Positions 1 through 8,849 are shown, numbered from the stretch's first letter. The stretch: 64,000 nt of DNA from Paludibacteraceae bacterium (GCA_963629395.1 CAVGIV010000004.1:2095-66094); one strand, 5' to 3'. Notes: generated by a model not told the origin, from the letters alone. Numbers and translations: made by a program.

Positions 1-1
1 A

Positions 2-118
2 AGAGGCGATTACAGCTACGAATTTGCCCGCTATCAGCAGGCTCCGGCAGATATCCAGAGCAAGGAGGTTGCAGCCAGAGCAGAGAAGGCAGCAGCCGGA
101 TTCTCGGAAGAGAACTAA
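2..118 (+). CDS. 3' end of an upstream gene, product unknown (partial at window edge)
   Basis: Frame is open from the window edge and ends ...AAGFSEEN + TAA (116-118). A hairpin terminator follows directly. Confidence 0.3.
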   Translation, partial: RGDYSYEFARYQQAPADIQSKEVAARAEKAAAGFSEEN

Positions 119-130
119 ATCAGCATTCAT

Positions 131-258
131 TGTATACACAGACAGCAGCAGGCGACCGGCCTGCTGCTGTCTTATTGTATACAACTGCCTCGTGGAAGAG
201 AGAACAGCCAAACTCGACAGGTATATTTTCCTTGACGAAGATCAGCATGCTGTATACA
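131..258. promoter_or_regulatory. Array of three TGTATACA palindromes (131-138, 176-183, 251-258); candidate operator sites
   Basis: The exact 8-bp palindrome occurs three times within 128 bp, and I found no other copy in the window. The third copy overlaps the predicted -10. A GntR-family regulator is encoded just downstream, and GntR operators are typically GT-N-AC palindromes. Confidence 0.35.
141..178 (+). terminator. Rho-independent terminator of the upstream gene
   Basis: 12-bp stem GACAGCAGCAGG / CCTGCTGCTGTC with a 7-nt loop, followed by TTATTGT. Confidence 0.6.
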
Positions 259-260
259 AT
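232..260 (+). promoter_or_regulatory. Sigma-A-type promoter for the citrate-synthase-like gene
   Basis: TTGACG (232-237), 17-nt spacer, TACAAT (255-260). RBS GGAGGA at 286-291 precedes ATG 299. Confidence 0.6.
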
Positions 261-298
261 TATACAGACATTTAATAAATCCAATGGAGGATGCTGAA

Positions 299-1717
299 AT
301 GGTTACAGAGCCTTTTGAAAACCGCCCGGTTTCGATGAACAAGGAAAATCATCTGCTGCAGATCGAAGAGCACATGTACATCCTGGATGATGTCCAGAGG
401 CCAAACGTTTTCCGGCAAATGTATCCGTATTCAGAGATCCCCAAGATTCCCTTCAATGACCGGACGGTTCCCAAGCACGTTCCGGAGAACATCTGGATCA
501 CGGATACGACCTTTCGTGACGGTCAGCAGTCCAGAGCCCCCTATACCACCGATCAGATTGTACATATCTACGATGAATTCCACAGGCTCGGCGGCCCCAA
601 CGGTATGATCAAGGCCTGCGAGTTTTTCCTCTACAGCAAGCAGGACAGAGATGCTGTCTACAAGTGCATGGAGCGCGGCTATGAATTCCCGCAGATTACC
701 AGCTGGATTCGTGCCAGTCACGATGATTTCCGTCTGGTAAAGGAGATGGGGATGAAGGAAACCGGTATTCTGGTTTCCTGCTCGGATTATCATATTTTCC
801 TGAAGCTGAAGATGACGCGCCGCCAGGCGATGGAGCATTATCTTTCGGTTATTCGCGACTGCCTGGAGCAGGGCATCAGCCCTCGCTGCCATCTGGAGGA
901 CATTACAAGAGCCGATATTTACGGATACGTCGTTCCTTTCTGTCTGGAGCTGATGAAGCTGCAGGAGGAGTACGGCATTCCGATTAAGATCCGCTGCTGC
1001 GATACCATGGGATATGGTGTCAACTATACCGGCGCTGTTATTCCGCGTTCGGTTCCGGGCATCATGTATGCAATCCATGTACACGCCGGTGTCCCGTGTG
1101 AGCAGCTCGAGTGGCATGGACACAACGATTTTTACAAGGCGGTGGTCAATGCAACGACGGCATGGCTCTACGGCTGCAGCGGTGTTAACTGCTCACTGTT
1201 CGGCATCGGCGAACGTACCGGCAACACACCGACGGAGGCGATGGTCTTTGAGTATGCGCAGTTGCGCGGTGATTTGAACGGGATGGACACCACCGTGATC
1301 ACGGACCTTGCGGATTATTACGAGAAGGAGATCGGATATCACATTCCGGAACGAACACCGTTTGTCGGCCGGAATTTCAATGTAACAAGAGCTGGCATTC
1401 ATGCAGACGGACTGCTCAAAAATGAGGAGATTTACAATATTTTTGATACAGGAAAGTTCCTGAACCGGCCGCCGATTTCCTCGGTCACCAATACCTCTGG
1501 GCTGGCCGGCATCGCCCTTTGGATCAACAATTTCTACCGTCTGCCGGAGGACAAGCGGGTGGACAAAAAGTCCCGTCTGGTGGAGGGCGTAAAGGCCTGG
1601 GTGGATGAGCAGTATGCCGCAGGACGCGTGACGGTAATTACGGATGCGGAGCTCCAGGCGGTGATTGATGACGTCTGCCGGAAGGAAGGCATCTCCATTC
1701 TCGGAGACAATGCGTGA
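299..1717 (+). CDS. HMGL/isopropylmalate-synthase-family enzyme, most likely Re-citrate synthase (homocitrate or citramalate synthase not excluded)
   Basis: TDTTFRDGQQS and HGHNDF motifs of the DRE-TIM/HMGL-like family. It clusters with icd. ATG 299 has a well-spaced RBS; ATG 284 is the alternative start. Confidence 0.7.
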   Translation: MVTEPFENRPVSMNKENHLLQIEEHMYILDDVQRPNVFRQMYPYSEIPKIPFNDRTVPKHVPENIWITDTTFRDGQQSRAPYTTDQIVHIYDEFHRLGGPNGMIKACEFFLYSKQDRDAVYKCMERGYEFPQITSWIRASHDDFRLVKEMGMKETGILVSCSDYHIFLKLKMTRRQAMEHYLSVIRDCLEQGISPRCHLEDITRADIYGYVVPFCLELMKLQEEYGIPIKIRCCDTMGYGVNYTGAVIPRSVPGIMYAIHVHAGVPCEQLEWHGHNDFYKAVVNATTAWLYGCSGVNCSLFGIGERTGNTPTEAMVFEYAQLRGDLNGMDTTVITDLADYYEKEIGYHIPERTPFVGRNFNVTRAGIHADGLLKNEEIYNIFDTGKFLNRPPISSVTNTSGLAGIALWINNFYRLPEDKRVDKKSRLVEGVKAWVDEQYAAGRVTVITDAELQAVIDDVCRKEGISILGDNA

Positions 1718-1817
1718 TGCGCATCATCACAAAAAAGCCGGAGGCTGCACGCATTATACGGCAGGTGCAAGGCTCCCAAATGGAAAAGGAGGTCCTGTAA
1801 GAACAGGCACAATGTGA

Positions 1818-2534
1818 ATGAGCAAGTTTGATGTTAAACGTGATACAAGCGACCAGTACTCTCTGCGCGGCAGAGTGTTTCACAAGATACGCGGGGATAT
1901 ACTCAACGGCAAGTACAAGGAAAATGAAGAGCTCAAAGAGGTTGCTATCGGCCAGGAGCTGGGAGTGTCCAGAACTCCTGTCCGGGAGGCGCTGCGCCAG
2001 CTTGAGCTGGAGGGGCTCGTACAGATCATTCCGAATCGCGGCGCCTTTGTAACCGGTATTCAGGCGAACGATGTGCGGGATATCTATCTGATCCGTGCAA
2101 GACTGGAGGGCCTGTGTGCCAGATGGGCCTGTGAGCACATCACCAAGGAACAGATGGATGCCATGGAGGAGAATGTATATCTTGCCGAATTCCATGCCAG
2201 AAAGGGGAATATGGAGCAGATGACGGAGCTGGACAACCAGTTTCACCGGATTTTGTATGAATCAGGCAATTCCAAGATGCTTGAACACCTGCTGGTGGAT
2301 TATCATCAGTATGTGATGCGCATCCGCAGAAGAACGCTTTCAACACCGGAGAGAGCCATCGCATCCAATAAAGAGCATCACGGCATCATGGAGGCCATTA
2401 AGGCCAACAATCCGGATCTGGCAGAGCGCCTGGCCGATGAACACATGATCAACGCCTATGACAATATGGTGAAAAACGGCCTGTTCGACCTGTATAAAAA
2501 CGACAGCGAAGACGTTGGTGAGAACGCCACATGA
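1818..2534 (+). CDS. GntR-family (FadR/FCD-type) transcriptional regulator
   Basis: N-terminal wHTH ELGVSRTPVREALRQLELEGLV plus a C-terminal all-helical FCD-like domain, 238 aa. Confidence 0.85.
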   Translation: MSKFDVKRDTSDQYSLRGRVFHKIRGDILNGKYKENEELKEVAIGQELGVSRTPVREALRQLELEGLVQIIPNRGAFVTGIQANDVRDIYLIRARLEGLCARWACEHITKEQMDAMEENVYLAEFHARKGNMEQMTELDNQFHRILYESGNSKMLEHLLVDYHQYVMRIRRRTLSTPERAIASNKEHHGIMEAIKANNPDLAERLADEHMINAYDNMVKNGLFDLYKNDSEDVGENAT

Positions 2535-2560
2535 GTGAGAGGAAGGCTGCGAAGCAGTGA

Positions 2561-2587
2561 TTTGGCGAATGGGCTCTGAATAGTTAC
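2561..2587 (+). repeat. Copy 1 of the short dispersed intergenic motif TTTGCGAATrGGCTCTGAATAGTT
   Basis: tttggcgaatgggctctgaatagttac. The same core occurs at 6183-6208, 8033-8056 (reverse) and 33147-33173. Confidence 0.8.
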
Positions 2588-2623
2588 GAAGAATAGTTAT
2601 AGCAGAAGGGAAGAGAGTGCAGC

Positions 2624-3838
2624 ATGAATAAAATCACGATGACAACGCCGCTTGTTGAGATGGACGGCGATGAAATGACCCGCATTGTCTGGCGAATGAT
2701 CAAGGAGGACCTGCTTCTTCCGTACATTGATCTGAAGACAGAGTACTATGACCTTGGTCTCAAGCACCGCGATGAAACCGATGATCAGGTTACCAAGGAT
2801 GCGTCGGAGGCGACGAAGAAATATGGCGTTGCTGTAAAGTGCGCGACCATTACGCCCAACCGCGCACGGCAGGAGGAATACAATCTTAAAAAGCTCTACA
2901 AGAGCCCCAATGCCACCATCCGCTCCATGCTGGACGGCACCGTGTTCCGCGGACCGATTCTGGTAAAGGGCATTGAGCCGTATGTACGGACCTGGAAGGC
3001 TCCCATTATGCTGGCACGTCATGCCTACGGCGATATTTATAAGAACACGGAGATGAATGTCGGCGGCCCCGGAAAGGCAGAGCTTGTCTATACCGAAAAA
3101 AACGGGACGGAGCACCGCAGACTGATTCATGAATTCGACGGTCCCGGAATCATTCAGGGCATCCACAACACGGATCGTTCCATCGAAACCTTTGCAAGGA
3201 CCTGCTTTAATTATGCCTACGACAAGAAGGTGGATCTTTGGTTCTCCACGAAGGATACCATTTCCAAGACCTATGACGGCAACTTCAAGGAGATTTTCCA
3301 GTCTGTCTATGATAATGCCTATAAGGCCAAGTTTGAGGCAGCGGGTATTAAGTATTTCTACACGCTGATTGACGATGCGGTGGCCAGAGTGATTCGTTCC
3401 GAGGGCGGCTTTGTCTGGGCGCTGAAGAATTACGACGGAGATGTGATGTCGGATATGATGGCGACGGCCTTTGGCTCCCTTGCGATGATGACCTCTACGC
3501 TGGTATCTCCCTCCGGTGCATACGAGTATGAGGCGGCGCACGGCACAGTGCAGCAGCACTATTACAAATATCTGAAGGGTGAGAAGGAGTCCACCAACTC
3601 CGTAGCAACCATCTTCGCGTGGACCGGTGCATTGCGGAAGAGAGGACAGCTGGACCAGCTTCCGGAGCTTGCGCGGTTCGCAGATACTCTGGAACGTGCA
3701 ACGCTGAAGACCATTGAGGATGGAAAGATGACGGGAGACCTTGCTGCCATCACAACTCTTTCCGATGTTCAAAAGCTCGACACAGAAGAATTCATTCTCG
3801 CCATTCGCGATACGCTCGAAGAGCTGCTGAATCAGTAA
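2624..3838 (+). CDS. icd: NADP-dependent isocitrate dehydrogenase (eukaryote-like subfamily II, ~400 aa)
   Basis: N-terminus TTPLVEMDGDEMTRIVWRMIKEDLLLPYIDL and overall length are typical of type II homodimeric IDH. Confidence 0.9.
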   Translation: MNKITMTTPLVEMDGDEMTRIVWRMIKEDLLLPYIDLKTEYYDLGLKHRDETDDQVTKDASEATKKYGVAVKCATITPNRARQEEYNLKKLYKSPNATIRSMLDGTVFRGPILVKGIEPYVRTWKAPIMLARHAYGDIYKNTEMNVGGPGKAELVYTEKNGTEHRRLIHEFDGPGIIQGIHNTDRSIETFARTCFNYAYDKKVDLWFSTKDTISKTYDGNFKEIFQSVYDNAYKAKFEAAGIKYFYTLIDDAVARVIRSEGGFVWALKNYDGDVMSDMMATAFGSLAMMTSTLVSPSGAYEYEAAHGTVQQHYYKYLKGEKESTNSVATIFAWTGALRKRGQLDQLPELARFADTLERATLKTIEDGKMTGDLAAITTLSDVQKLDTEEFILAIRDTLEELLNQ

Positions 3839-3876
3839 GCTTGGCAGCTTTGTTCGACATTATACTGCAGTACACA

Positions 3877-4087
3877 CGCCAGCCCGGCGACGGGGCCTGG
3901 CGGAGTTGTCCGGTTCGGGGACGCCACGCTGACTTCGTCAGCTACGAGATGGCCTTGCGGCCACTCGGCCAAAAACGCTCCCCTGCGGCCTAGCGGTGCT
4001 AAGCTCGCATAAGACGCTCGCAAGCACCGAGGTCCTCGGAAGGCCCCGAACCCGGACATTCTCCGCCACCCTGTCGCCGGGCTGGCG
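3877..4087. repeat. ~210-bp imperfect palindromic intergenic element, copy 1 (MITE/REP-like or structured RNA)
   Basis: Outer arms cgccagcccggcgac / gtcgccgggctggcg pair perfectly. The core ggtgcttgcgagcgtctt(a/g)tgcgagcttagcaccgctagg is shared, in reverse orientation, with 51465-51653. It fills the gap between the convergent stops of icd and the ABC-F gene. Confidence 0.8.
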
Positions 4088-4088
4088 T

Positions 4089-6125
4089 TTAAACAGTCTC
4101 TGTCGCTGCCAGGGAGAGCTCCTCCCATCTGGAATACAGCTCCTCAAGCCGGGCCTCACCGGCACTTTTTTCTTTTTGAAGCTCGGAGAGCTTTCCTAAG
4201 TTGGTGCAGTTCTCGGGGCGCGCCATTTCCTCGTCAATGGCCGCGCTGCGCTCTTCAATCTGCGCGATTTCTGCCTCACATTTTTTCAGGTCATTCTGGA
4301 GCTTTCGAAGCCGGGCCTGCTCCTCCTTTTGCCGTTTATAATCGGTGCTTCCGCCGGGAGCTGTTTTCTCAGGCACAGGAGCCTGTGCGCTGCCCGGCGT
4401 ACTTGCAGGGGCGGTGCCGGAAAAGCCGTTTCCTTCTTCCTGAATTCTGCGCAGCTCATCTGCCTTCAGAGCCGATTCCACCTGGGCGGACTTTTCCAGA
4501 TAATAATCGTAATTGCCGATGTAGCATGCCGGCGGCTGTGCATCCTTCTGACCGCCGGGGTAATTCAGCATCAGCTGATCCGTCAGGGATAGAATGCGGC
4601 TGGCCGTGCGGTTCATAAAATACCGGTCATGAGAGACATACAGTACAGTTCCTTCATAGCTGTTCAGTGCATTTTCCAGAACCTCCTTGGAAACCATGTC
4701 CAGATGGTTGGTGGGCTCATCCAGAATCAGGAAATTGGCCTCGGAGAGCATCAGCTTCGCCAGCGAGACGCGTCCCTTTTCACCGCCGGAAAGGTCCGAA
4801 ATTCTCTTGAACACATCCTCTCCTGTGAACAGGAAGGAGGCGAGAAGACTGCGGATTTCGGTGTTGGTCATATCCGGATGTGCATCTGAAATTTCTTCAA
4901 AAACAGTATTGGAATCCGTCAGCACATGATGCTCCTGGTCATAGTATCCGATGTGCACGTTGGTGCCGAAGCGCACAGTGCCGGAAAGCGGCGAGAGCTG
5001 CCCGATGATGATTTTCAAAAGGGTGGATTTGCCGGTTCCGTTGTTGCCGATGATGGCGGCGTGTTCTCCGCGCTGAATGTCAAAGGTAATGTCATCAAAA
5101 AGACGTTTATCCTCAAACCCCATGGACAGATGCCGCACCTGCATGACATCCCTTCCGGAACGAATGCAGGGTTTTAATGTCAGACGCATGTCATCCCGAA
5201 GCTCAAAGGGCTTTTCGATCACTTCCTTTTTAGCCAGCAGCTTTTCACGGCTTTCGGCACGCTTTATCGACTTTTCACGGTTGAACTGTCGGAGCTTGGC
5301 AATGACCTCCTCCTGGTGCTTGATTTCAGCCTGATTGTTTATATACTGATGCCACTTCTGGTCGCGGAGCTTCTTTTTTTCCTCGGCATAGAAGGAATAG
5401 TTGCCGTTGAAAACAAGGGCATGTGTATTCTCGATTTCGATGATGTGGTTGACCGTCTTATCCAGAAAATAGCGGTCGTGGGAGACGATCAGAACCGTTC
5501 CCTTGTAATTGGCAAGGTACGTCTCAAGCCAGCGTATGGCGGCGATGTCCAGATGGTTGGTGGGCTCGTCGAGCAAAATGATATCCGGCTTTTCCAAAAG
5601 GAGCTTGGCAAGGGCCACTCTGGTTTTCTGACCGCCGGAAAGTGTGGAGACGGGCTGATCAAATTCTTCGTCCTTAAAGCCAAGGCCCCGCAGAATGCCG
5701 GTGATTTCACCCTTGTAGGAGAAACCGCTGCTGCTCTGGAAGCGCGTCAGAAGATCGTTGTATTCCTCGATGACGCTGCCTAGCTCTGCACCGGTAAGCT
5801 GGGTCATCAGCTGCTCATCCCGGGCTATTTTCTGTTCCAGCTCGACAAGGTCCTTTTTAACATCCAGAAGCTCTTCGTAGATGGTGCCATTCACGCCAAG
5901 GCCCTGGTTCTGAGCCAGGTATCCGACTGAGGCGTCCCGTGAAAAGGCAACACTTCCCTCATCGGCGGACATTTCGCCCATCATAATTTTTAAAAGAGTG
6001 GATTTTCCGGCACCATTGATGCCGACAATGGCGGCGCGATCCCCCTTTTCCAGGTGAAAGGAGATATCGGTAAGAACCGGTACCTCCAGAAATGCTTTGC
6101 TGATATGCTGTACGGATACGATCAT
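4089..6125 (-). CDS. ABC-F family ATPase (two ABC cassettes, no TM domain, C-terminal coiled-coil extension)
   Basis: Walker A GINGAGKST and GNNGTGKST. Signatures LSGGQKTR and LSGGEKGR. K/E-rich inter-domain linker and charged C-terminal tail. Confidence 0.9.
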   Translation of the reverse strand: MIVSVQHISKAFLEVPVLTDISFHLEKGDRAAIVGINGAGKSTLLKIMMGEMSADEGSVAFSRDASVGYLAQNQGLGVNGTIYEELLDVKKDLVELEQKIARDEQLMTQLTGAELGSVIEEYNDLLTRFQSSSGFSYKGEITGILRGLGFKDEEFDQPVSTLSGGQKTRVALAKLLLEKPDIILLDEPTNHLDIAAIRWLETYLANYKGTVLIVSHDRYFLDKTVNHIIEIENTHALVFNGNYSFYAEEKKKLRDQKWHQYINNQAEIKHQEEVIAKLRQFNREKSIKRAESREKLLAKKEVIEKPFELRDDMRLTLKPCIRSGRDVMQVRHLSMGFEDKRLFDDITFDIQRGEHAAIIGNNGTGKSTLLKIIIGQLSPLSGTVRFGTNVHIGYYDQEHHVLTDSNTVFEEISDAHPDMTNTEIRSLLASFLFTGEDVFKRISDLSGGEKGRVSLAKLMLSEANFLILDEPTNHLDMVSKEVLENALNSYEGTVLYVSHDRYFMNRTASRILSLTDQLMLNYPGGQKDAQPPACYIGNYDYYLEKSAQVESALKADELRRIQEEGNGFSGTAPASTPGSAQAPVPEKTAPGGSTDYKRQKEEQARLRKLQNDLKKCEAEIAQIEERSAAIDEEMARPENCTNLGKLSELQKEKSAGEARLEELYSRWEELSLAATETV

Positions 6126-6182
6126 AGTATGCTTGTTCCTCTATCGTTCGTTACTCTGTGAAAACAGGTTGGCACCTGCCCT

Positions 6183-6208
6183 TTTGCGAATGGGCTCTGA
6201 ATAGTTGC
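6183..6208 (+). repeat. Copy 2 of the short dispersed intergenic motif
   Basis: tttgcgaatgggctctgaatagttgc, 25 nt downstream of the nnr stop. Confidence 0.8.
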
Positions 6209-6232
6209 GATTGAAACCGGCAAGTGGGGTCA

Positions 6233-7930
6233 TCACCGCCGGTCTGTGTCCAACCGCGTCAGTGCGTCAATCAGGTCTGATGCCATAATAGATCCTGCGG
6301 ACTGTGTTTGCAAAAGTAAATCTGCAAGCCGGCCATGCAGACAGGATGCCGCACAGGCTGCTTCAAATCCATCCATGCCCTGTGCAAGTAAAGCGGCGGT
6401 GATTCCGGTCAGCACGTCGCCGGAGCCGGCAGTGGCAAGCCCGTCATTGCCGGAGGTGTTTAAATAAAGAGAAGGCGATTCCCATCCGGCAACCAGTGTC
6501 CTGGCATCCTTGCCAAGAAGAATGCAGTGATGCGCCCGGGCAAATTCAGGAAGCAGCAAAAAGCGGTTTTGCTGCAGTGCGTGCAGATCCGTGTGCAGAA
6601 GAGCTGCACATTCGGCGGCGTGCGGTGTTAAGATGACCGGCATCCTTCTTCCTGCCTTAGACAACAGTTCATATAAATCAGGTGTCAGAGAGTCCTGCCT
6701 ATTGTCAGACCGGTTGTCTGCAATCAGTCGAAGCGCATCTGCATCAATCACGAGTCCCCGAAGACGTCCGGCGTTTTCCTCCAAAAGGCCGGCCGCGTAC
6801 TGCAGAACGTGGGTTAAAAGCGACAGGCCTTCCCTGCCTTTGCCGATTCCGGGTCCGATGGCTGCAACGTCCGCCCAGGACAGATCCTTAGAAAGCGTTT
6901 GCAGGTCGCCGCTTGAGAGTACATCGCCATAGGTGCTGCACATCGCTTCCGGCAGCATTTGCTGCAGGATTTCACGATTGGATTCCTGGGTGTATATGCG
7001 TGCCATGCCGGAGCCAGTACGAAGAGCCGCCTTTGTACACAGATAGGCGGCGCCGCAGACACCGCGGGAGCCGGCGATGACCAGTACCTTTCCAAAGGTT
7101 CCCTTGTTGCCGGACGGATCGCGCCCCGGCAGCAGCTTCTCAAGTGAATTTCCAAGATAGGTAAAGCACCTTGGACGGGAGAGTGCACGCGCTGTGATGC
7201 CGATGTCGGCGCGAATCACACGTCCGCAAAGGCTTGTGCCGGGATACAGAAAATGACCGAGCTTATAAAAGGCAAAGGTCACGGTAACATCTGCCTCAAT
7301 GGCTTCGCCCATCACAGCGCCGGTCGTGGCACAAATGCCGGAGGGAATGTCCAGTGCATAGACTCTTGCACCGTGAAGGCGCTGCCGGTTGATGATGCGG
7401 ATGATGGCGGCCGTTTCTTTATCGACAGCTCTGGAAAGACCGGTGCCAAAGAGACCGTCCAGAATGACATCGACATGCTGCAAAGGAGAATCCTCTGCAA
7501 TGGAGCCAGTGGTCGAAGGCTCAAAGGATGCGGCTTCGGAAGGAACGTCTATTGCGGGAAGGAGCTCCTGCAGAGGATGCAGGACAGCGCCGTAGGAGGC
7601 TAGAATGGCAAGCTGCGTCTCCATATTGGAAGGAGAAGAGCTGCGCGGCGCAGCGCAGAAGGCCACCGCTGAATAAAAAACCACCTCATATCCGGCATCC
7701 AGCAGAATTCTTCCCGCGGCAAGCGCATCTGCACCGTTGTTGCCCTTCCCGGCGACCACGGCAACACGTACCGGACGATTGCCGGATACAGGAGATGGGA
7801 AGTCAGCCCGCACAGCATCCGCTGCCGCAAGCGCCGCGCGCTCCATAAGAACGATGGATGGAATGCCGAGCGTTTCGCTGGTATAGCGGTCAGCATCGCT
7901 CATTTCTTTGGCTGTCAGTAAATACTCCAT
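6233..7930 (-). CDS. nnr: Bifunctional NAD(P)H-hydrate repair enzyme (epimerase + ADP-dependent dehydratase)
   Basis: YjeF_N part (GKGNNGADALAAGR) plus C-terminal carbohydrate-kinase part (GSGDVLTGITAALLAQG). At 565 aa it is longer than usual, with an S/P-rich insertion between the conserved blocks. Confidence 0.85.
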   Translation of the reverse strand: MEYLLTAKEMSDADRYTSETLGIPSIVLMERAALAAADAVRADFPSPVSGNRPVRVAVVAGKGNNGADALAAGRILLDAGYEVVFYSAVAFCAAPRSSSPSNMETQLAILASYGAVLHPLQELLPAIDVPSEAASFEPSTTGSIAEDSPLQHVDVILDGLFGTGLSRAVDKETAAIIRIINRQRLHGARVYALDIPSGICATTGAVMGEAIEADVTVTFAFYKLGHFLYPGTSLCGRVIRADIGITARALSRPRCFTYLGNSLEKLLPGRDPSGNKGTFGKVLVIAGSRGVCGAAYLCTKAALRTGSGMARIYTQESNREILQQMLPEAMCSTYGDVLSSGDLQTLSKDLSWADVAAIGPGIGKGREGLSLLTHVLQYAAGLLEENAGRLRGLVIDADALRLIADNRSDNRQDSLTPDLYELLSKAGRRMPVILTPHAAECAALLHTDLHALQQNRFLLLPEFARAHHCILLGKDARTLVAGWESPSLYLNTSGNDGLATAGSGDVLTGITAALLAQGMDGFEAACAASCLHGRLADLLLQTQSAGSIMASDLIDALTRLDTDRR

Positions 7931-8032
7931 GATTTCTCCATAGTTATCCGTTTACTACCTAAAAAGCCTTCCGCTGCCTGCAGTGACAGGACCGGCGAAA
8001 GGCTTTATGTCTTGTGAGGGATTGCGGCGCGT

Positions 8033-8056
8033 GGCTATTCAGAGCCTATTTGCAAA
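8033..8056 (-). repeat. Copy 3 of the short dispersed intergenic motif (inverted relative to copy 2)
   Basis: Reverse complement reads tttgcaaataggctctgaatagcc. It lies between the rex stop and the nnr start. Confidence 0.8.
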
Positions 8057-8069
8057 GCTTCTCCTTTGC

Positions 8070-8717
8070 TTATGTGGCGTTCTCGCCACCCTCGAAGCGC
8101 TTGATGTTATAAGACAGCCGCATCAGGGAATCGGACAGATGAACATTCTCCACCTGAATGGAAGACGGAACGTGGAGATCCGTATGCGCAAAGTTCCAGA
8201 TGGCTTTGATGGGGCTGTTTACAAGCTTCTCTGCAACCTTCACGGCCTCCTGCTTGGGGATTGTCAGGACAACAATATCAATTTTATTGTCGCGGATGAA
8301 GTCCGAAAGCTCCTCCATGGGATGGACGGTAATGGAACCGATTTGGTGTCCGACGATTGCGCTGTTGCGGTCAAAGGCAGCCTTGAAAATAAAACCGCGG
8401 TTGCGGTAATTCATATAATTGACAAGGGCAGAGCCTAGGTTTCCCGCGCCGATCAATATCATATTGTGGGTCTGATTCAGGCCGAGAATCTTCGCGATTT
8501 CATCATAGAGATACTGCGTATTATATCCGTACCCCTGCTGACCGAAGCCGCCGAAGTGGTTAAAATCCTGGCGAATCTGTGACGCGGTGACATGCATCAA
8601 AGAGGAGAGCTCCTGGGAGGATATGCGTTCCACTCCCTGCTCCTTTAAATCGCCAAGATACCGATAATATCGCGGAAGACGACCTATAACCGCCTGAGAA
8701 ATTTCTCTTGTTTCCAA
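8070..8717 (-). CDS. rex: Redox-sensing transcriptional repressor Rex
   Basis: RLPRYYRYL, SSQELS...ASQIRQDFNHFGGFGQQGYGYN, and Rossmann motif ILIGAGNLGSAL. Confidence 0.9.
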   Translation of the reverse strand: METREISQAVIGRLPRYYRYLGDLKEQGVERISSQELSSLMHVTASQIRQDFNHFGGFGQQGYGYNTQYLYDEIAKILGLNQTHNMILIGAGNLGSALVNYMNYRNRGFIFKAAFDRNSAIVGHQIGSITVHPMEELSDFIRDNKIDIVVLTIPKQEAVKVAEKLVNSPIKAIWNFAHTDLHVPSSIQVENVHLSDSLMRLSYNIKRFEGGENAT

Positions 8718-8849
8718 TGACCTAGCTCCTTAACTGCACGTATCATCATGATACCCGGATTGCTCCGCGCTTTGCGCTCCCGCAATCCTCAAAACATTCG
8801 TAATTCGCTCATTTTTCTACGAAAAATGGCTACTTACTCATGTTTTGGC

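Noticed and set aside
24-275. 83-aa ORF in the first intergenic region
   Set aside because: It overlaps the end of the upstream gene, the terminator hairpin and the predicted promoter. It has no RBS and an Arg/Cys-rich composition.
2597-3772. 391-aa minus-strand ORF opposite icd. Similar long antisense ORFs lie at 10581-11489, 18141-19418, 25633-26583, 34811-35776, 41063-41827, 43502-44287, 51746-52687 and 59204-60337.
   Set aside because: All lie fully inside strongly supported sense-strand genes and show no motifs. They are treated as non-coding shadow frames.
3832-4128. ORFs running through palindromic element copy 1 (98 aa and 75 aa on the minus strand, 67 aa on the plus strand) that share the peptide PRCLRAS(C/Y)ASLAPLG with the gltX upstream extension
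   Set aside because: The shared peptide simply reflects the DNA repeat read in one frame. There is no RBS or start context, and the ORF boundaries differ between copies.
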